A DNA stretch of 64,000 nucleotides from Minisyncoccota bacterium (GTDB lineage: Bacteria; Patescibacteriota; Minisyncoccia; Minisyncoccales; GCA-002788555). A program made the position numbers and the translations under genes. The stretch is from positions 13,071 to 77,070 of the forward strand of contig JAQUPA010000001.1 in the NCBI GenBank assembly GCA_028716825.1, given 5' to 3'. Each line of letters starts with the position of its first letter. Positions within the stretch are counted from its first letter, which is position 1. Positions 59,989 to 64,000 of this stretch are shown one piece after another. Under the pieces are notes generated by a model that was not told the DNA's origin, did no database searches, and was given only the letters and a program-made list of their open reading frames with translations.

Positions 59989-60869
59989 AAAAAGAATTAA
60001 GAAATAAAAAATCCCAAAACAAAATTGGAGTTGTTGCAGATGATGTTTGTTCTTTACCAGAAGAATTTTTGAAAAAAAACAGAATAGAGATCGTAAAAAT
60101 GAGATTGTTTTTTGAAGAACTTAAAAAACAACCCGAAAAGGATATATATCAAATAATGAAAGAAACGAAAGCTTATCCTAAAACTTCAGCACCCTCGCCT
60201 GGGCAGTTTCTTAAGTCTTATAATAAAGCCCTTAAGATAAATGAGAAAATTGTTGTAATTACAATAAGCTCTAAGCTTTCCGGCGCTTTTAATACCGCGA
60301 ATCAAGCAAAAAAATTAATATCCATTCCTTCTAAAATTAATATAGTAGATTCATTTTCAGCCGTTGCCGCAGAGGGGCTTCTTGTTATAAAAGCAATTAA
60401 TCTAATTAAAGAAAAAAAAGATTTAAAGAAAATTAAAAATGAATTAGAGACTGTAAAAAAAAGAATAAAAATGTTTGCTTTTCTTGAAACAACTTATTGG
60501 GTAGAAAAGATAGGAAGAATTTCTAAAAAAAGAGCTTTCGGATTTAAATTTTTGAAATTATTTGGAGTGATGCCGATTATCGGCATAAAAAGAGAAGAGG
60601 TAGGTCTTGTGGGATTTAATTTCTGGACTACAAAAAATTATAAAGCAGTTTTTCATCAATTAAAAAAAGAAACTAAAAGGGCAAAAAAGCAATCAAAAAG
60701 ATTGATAGTTGGAATAAATTATACAGATAATAAGGACACAGCTTTTTGGTTAAAAGAAAAAATAGAAAGAAAACTTCAGGCAAGAGTCATTTTTGTGAGT
60801 ATGGTACCTTTAATTGTCGGCGCAAATTCTGGTCCCGGAACATTAATTGCAGCAAGTTATATAGAATAA
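59967..60869 (+). CDS. DegV-family fatty-acid-binding protein (FakB-like)
   Basis: SSKLSGAFNTANQAKK. Confidence 0.75.
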   Translation: MVLEKKIKKELRNKKSQNKIGVVADDVCSLPEEFLKKNRIEIVKMRLFFEELKKQPEKDIYQIMKETKAYPKTSAPSPGQFLKSYNKALKINEKIVVITISSKLSGAFNTANQAKKLISIPSKINIVDSFSAVAAEGLLVIKAINLIKEKKDLKKIKNELETVKKRIKMFAFLETTYWVEKIGRISKKRAFGFKFLKLFGVMPIIGIKREEVGLVGFNFWTTKNYKAVFHQLKKETKRAKKQSKRLIVGINYTDNKDTAFWLKEKIERKLQARVIFVSMVPLIVGANSGPGTLIAASYIE

Positions 60870-60870
60870 T

Positions 60871-60990
60871 AATCTCAAATGTTATATCCTATAACTCAAA
60901 ACCATATCCGAAATGTTAAATGTAACAATTGTAAAAAGATTTAAGATTTAACATTTGGATTTAAGATAAAGGATTTAAGTTTTAAGATAT
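60871..60990. repeat. cargo-less copy of the same inverted-repeat element
   Basis: AAATGTTATATCCTATAACTCAAAACCATATCCGAAATGTTAAATG ... GATTTAACATTTGGATTTAAGATAAAGGATTTAAGTTTTAAG. The inverted arms lie adjacent to each other with no ORF between them. Confidence 0.55.
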
Positions 60991-60995
60991 TTTTT

Positions 60996-62516
60996 ATGGC
61001 TATAAAATTATTTTCATCAGCGATAATTGGACTGGAGGCTATTCCAATTGAAGTTGAAGTTGATTTTTCTCCCGGTCTCCATAGTTTTTCTATTGTTGGC
61101 TTAGGAGATAAAGCAGTTGAGGAATCAAAAGAAAGAGTGTCTTCAGCTGTTAAAAATACAGGCGCAAAACCACCTCAGCATCATAATAGGAGAATTACTG
61201 TAAACTTGGCCCCTGCTGATATAAAAAAACAAGGGCCAGGATATGATCTTGCAATTGCAGTTGGTTTTCTTCTGGCCTCTGGTCAAATGAAAAATATTGA
61301 TGTATCTGATAAATTATTTATCGGTGAACTTTCTTTGGACGGCACTTTGCGTAAAACAAATGGCATTTTACCCATTGCTTCTTTGGCAAAAGAAAAATTA
61401 AAAACACTGGTCTTACCAAAGGAAAATGAAAAAGAAGCAGAGTTGGTTGAAGGGCTTAAAATTTTGTCAGTAAATAATTTGGACGAACTTTTAAAAACTT
61501 TAGAAAAAGAAGAAAAAGAATATATAAAAATAGGGAATGGCGCAGAAGAAATTAATCCTGTTTTAAAAACCGACATAGATTTTGCTTATATTAAAGGGCA
61601 GGATCGTGCAAAAAGAGCTTTTGAGATTGCAGCGGCTGGAGGGCATAATATCTTTTTGTCAGGGCCTCCAGGAGGAGGGAAAACTCTTTTATCTCGCGCC
61701 CTACCGTCGATTCTTCCTCGTTTAGACAAAAACGAAATTTTAGAGATAACAAAAATTTATAGCGTTGCAGGACTTTTATCTTCAAAACAACCAATCTTAG
61801 AAGAAAGACCCTTTAGGGCTCCACACCATTCTTCGTCAACAGCGGCTTTAATCGGCGGTGGCTCGAAGATTAAGCCGGGGGAAATTACTTTAGCCCATCG
61901 TGGAGTTTTGTTTTTAGATGAATTCCCAGAATTTCATAGAGACGTGATTGAAGCTTTGCGCCAGCCCATGGAAGATGGAATTGTTCAGGTGTCTCGTGCT
62001 ACAGAAACTCTTTTATTCCCTGCAAATTTTACTTTAGTTGCAGCCTCAAACCCTTGTCCTTGCGGATTTTTAAATGATTCGCAAAAAGAATGTAATTGTA
62101 CTTCTTCTCAAATATTACGATACCAGCGAAAGTTGTCAGGGCCAATTTTAGATAGGATTGATATTAAAATTGAAGTTCCACGAATTGGTTTTGATAAATT
62201 GTCTTCAGGAAAAGTTGCAGAAGAGAGCAAAAAAATAAGAGAAAGAGTTGAACTCGCCAGAGAAATTCAACAAAAAAGAGGTTTTATAAATAGTGATATT
62301 AGTATCCCAAAAATAAAAGAATATTGTAAAATAGATAATGCCTCAGAAGATCTTTTAAGAATGGCGATGCAAAAATTAAATTTATCGCCAAGAAGTTATC
62401 ATAAAGTGTTGAAAGTTTCTCGTACTATTGCAGACCTTGATGGTAAAGATAATATCGCAAAAGAACATCTTGCAGAGGCAATTAGTTATCAGGATAAAAA
62501 AGAAAATTATGTATGA
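60996..62516 (+). CDS. Mg-chelatase-like AAA+ ATPase YifB/ComM
   Basis: GPPGGGKT Walker A. 506 aa. Confidence 0.85.
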   Translation: MAIKLFSSAIIGLEAIPIEVEVDFSPGLHSFSIVGLGDKAVEESKERVSSAVKNTGAKPPQHHNRRITVNLAPADIKKQGPGYDLAIAVGFLLASGQMKNIDVSDKLFIGELSLDGTLRKTNGILPIASLAKEKLKTLVLPKENEKEAELVEGLKILSVNNLDELLKTLEKEEKEYIKIGNGAEEINPVLKTDIDFAYIKGQDRAKRAFEIAAAGGHNIFLSGPPGGGKTLLSRALPSILPRLDKNEILEITKIYSVAGLLSSKQPILEERPFRAPHHSSSTAALIGGGSKIKPGEITLAHRGVLFLDEFPEFHRDVIEALRQPMEDGIVQVSRATETLLFPANFTLVAASNPCPCGFLNDSQKECNCTSSQILRYQRKLSGPILDRIDIKIEVPRIGFDKLSSGKVAEESKKIRERVELAREIQQKRGFINSDISIPKIKEYCKIDNASEDLLRMAMQKLNLSPRSYHKVLKVSRTIADLDGKDNIAKEHLAEAISYQDKKENYV

Positions 62517-63435
62517 TGTAATTATTATCGGTGGCGGACCTGCTGGCGTTGCAGCAGGAATATATTGCGCAAGAAAAAACTTGAAAGTAATTTTGTTAAC
62601 AAAAGATCTTGAGGGTCAAATTTTTGACTCACCCAAAGTTGAAAATTATCCGGGCTTTAAAGAAATTTCCGGCATTAATCTTTCCGCAAAATTAAAAGAA
62701 CATTTATTAAATTTTTCTTCGAATATTGAAATTAAAGAAGGGTTTTTTGTAAAGAAAATAGAGAGGATAGAAGATAATAATTTCCAAATTGCAACAGAAG
62801 ACGGAAAAAAGTTTATTTCAAAAGTTATTATTATTGCTAGTGGTGCAAGCCCTAGAAAGTTAGATGTTCCGGGCGCTAAAGAATTTGAAGGGAAAGGAGT
62901 TTCTTTCTGTGAAACTTGCGATGGACCTTTTTTAAAAGAGAAGGATGTTGTTGTTGTTGGAAGCGGAAATGCAGGCCTTGAAGCCGCAGAAGAACTTGCG
63001 AGCTATACAAATAAAGTTTGTGTTTTGGAAATTAAAAACAAATTAGTTGGAGATGAATTTTTAGCAAAAAGATTAGAAAAAAAAGGAAATGTAGAAATTA
63101 TTTTTAATGTTGAATTAAAAAAGATAAAAGGAGAGAATTTTGTTGAAAAAATTATATATTTTGATAAAAAGGAAGGGCAAGAGAAACAATTAAATGTTTC
63201 TGGAATATTTGTGAAAGTAGGACAGTTCCCAAATAGTGATTTCGCAGAAGACTCTTTAGAGATAAATGAGCGGAAAGAAATCATAATAAATCCAAAGACA
63301 TTAGAGACCTCAGAAGAAGGAATCTTTGCAGCGGGGGATGTTACTGATATTTCTTATAAACAATATATTATAGCAGCGGGTGAGGGAGCGAAAGCCGCTT
63401 TATCAGCTTATAATTATTTAAAAAATAAAAAGTAA
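62509..63435 (+). CDS. trxB: thioredoxin-disulfide reductase
   Basis: GGGPAGVAAG FAD motif and CETCDG redox motif. Start at ATG 62509. Confidence 0.8.
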   Translation: MYDVIIIGGGPAGVAAGIYCARKNLKVILLTKDLEGQIFDSPKVENYPGFKEISGINLSAKLKEHLLNFSSNIEIKEGFFVKKIERIEDNNFQIATEDGKKFISKVIIIASGASPRKLDVPGAKEFEGKGVSFCETCDGPFLKEKDVVVVGSGNAGLEAAEELASYTNKVCVLEIKNKLVGDEFLAKRLEKKGNVEIIFNVELKKIKGENFVEKIIYFDKKEGQEKQLNVSGIFVKVGQFPNSDFAEDSLEINERKEIIINPKTLETSEEGIFAAGDVTDISYKQYIIAAGEGAKAALSAYNYLKNKK

Positions 63436-63436
63436 A

Positions 63437-64000
63437 ATGATGAATTTTTCACAACTTATATCTGAGGTTTTAAAATATATTGAAAAAATTCCAATGTTGA
63501 AGATTGGATTTATTATTGTTGGAGGCATTATTGCTTATATTTTAATAAAGACTTTTGGCGAAATCTGGATAATGAAAATGATGAAAAGAAAATATAGGAA
63601 AAGAGATAAAGAAGCTCTTCAAAAAAGAACACAAACACTACATCAGACATTAACCACTGCTTTAAAAATCGTTATTATCTTTACTGGGTTTTTATTGATT
63701 TTAGATGAAATCGGTATTAATCTTGCTCCTTTTGTTGCGGGTGCTGGAATTGTGGGTCTTGCTGTTGGATTTGGTTCGCAGAGCTTGGTAAAAGATTTTG
63801 TCTCTGGTACTTTTATTTTAGTAGAAGATCAATTTAGGAAGGGGGATAAAGTTAAGATAGGAGGTTTCGAGGGCAAGGTTGAGAATTTCACTTTACGGAG
63901 AACTTTGCTAAGAGACGATAAAGACAATTTGCATTATATTCCGAATAACCAAATAAATTTTGTATCAAACCTAACAAAAGGGAAAGAAGGGAAAACCAAA
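63437..64000 (+). CDS. mechanosensitive channel MscS family (3' end outside window)
   Basis: GIVGLAVGFGSQSLVKDFVSG. Confidence 0.75.
   Translation, partial: MMNFSQLISEVLKYIEKIPMLKIGFIIVGGIIAYILIKTFGEIWIMKMMKRKYRKRDKEALQKRTQTLHQTLTTALKIVIIFTGFLLILDEIGINLAPFVAGAGIVGLAVGFGSQSLVKDFVSGTFILVEDQFRKGDKVKIGGFEGKVENFTLRRTLLRDDKDNLHYIPNNQINFVSNLTKGKEGKTK

Overview
This window is an AT-rich (~30% GC) bacterial chromosome segment with CPR/Patescibacteria-like traits. It spans a replication-origin neighbourhood with the order deoC - dnaN - dnaA - rpmH - rnpA - a short YidC. The tRNAs do not encode CCA, and one sits next to the CCA-adding enzyme gene. A 23S-5S rRNA operon has no 16S gene within the window. 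Fatty-acid kinase components and plsY are present, and glycosyltransferases are numerous. Core genes read from sequence are dnaN, dnaA, rpmH, rnpA, yidC, rsmA, efp, cca, nusA, ppa, a PBP2-type transpeptidase, groES, groEL, rpmB, a GalT-like enzyme, the four pyruvate:ferredoxin oxidoreductase subunits, acs, uppS, plsY, fakA/fakB-like genes, a Mg-chelatase-like ATPase, trxB and an MscS channel. The most notable accessory content is: (1) a ~12 kb minus-strand type IV secretion / conjugation-like island at 5.3-17.5 kb, higher in GC than the core. It encodes VirB4, VirB6-like and VirB3-like proteins, M23 and M15 cell-wall hydrolases, and two paralogous proteins in which a VirB2/TrbC-type pilin module is fused to a large extracytoplasmic domain (one peptidoglycan-hydrolase-like, one with 18 Cys). 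A third, stand-alone pilin gene lies next to tRNA-Arg. (2) Four perfect 18-24 bp palindromes sharing the core TGTTTCACGTGAAACA lie within 3 kb, two inside coding sequences and two in tandem upstream of the cca-efp-rsmA gene block. (3) A promoter-driven, GC-rich, highly structured ~250-480 nt non-coding region sits upstream of a sortase-substrate-like surface protein. (4) A Firmicutes-like, compositionally distinct island at 40.4-44.0 kb carries a SigH-type sigma factor, small proteins with strong AGGAGG ribosome-binding sites, a Cys/His-repeat membrane protein, and an RRM protein whose 5' UTR folds into a three-way junction. (5) Several high-GC single-gene insertions (a lipoprotein, purB) are present, plus an accessory cluster with DUF2188-like, DUF3800-like and DUF3795-like small proteins. 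(6) A four-helix-bundle (23S-IVS-type) protein gene is inserted into the por operon and flanked by an AT-rich inverted-repeat family that recurs as a cargo-less copy elsewhere. No CRISPR array or transposase was seen.
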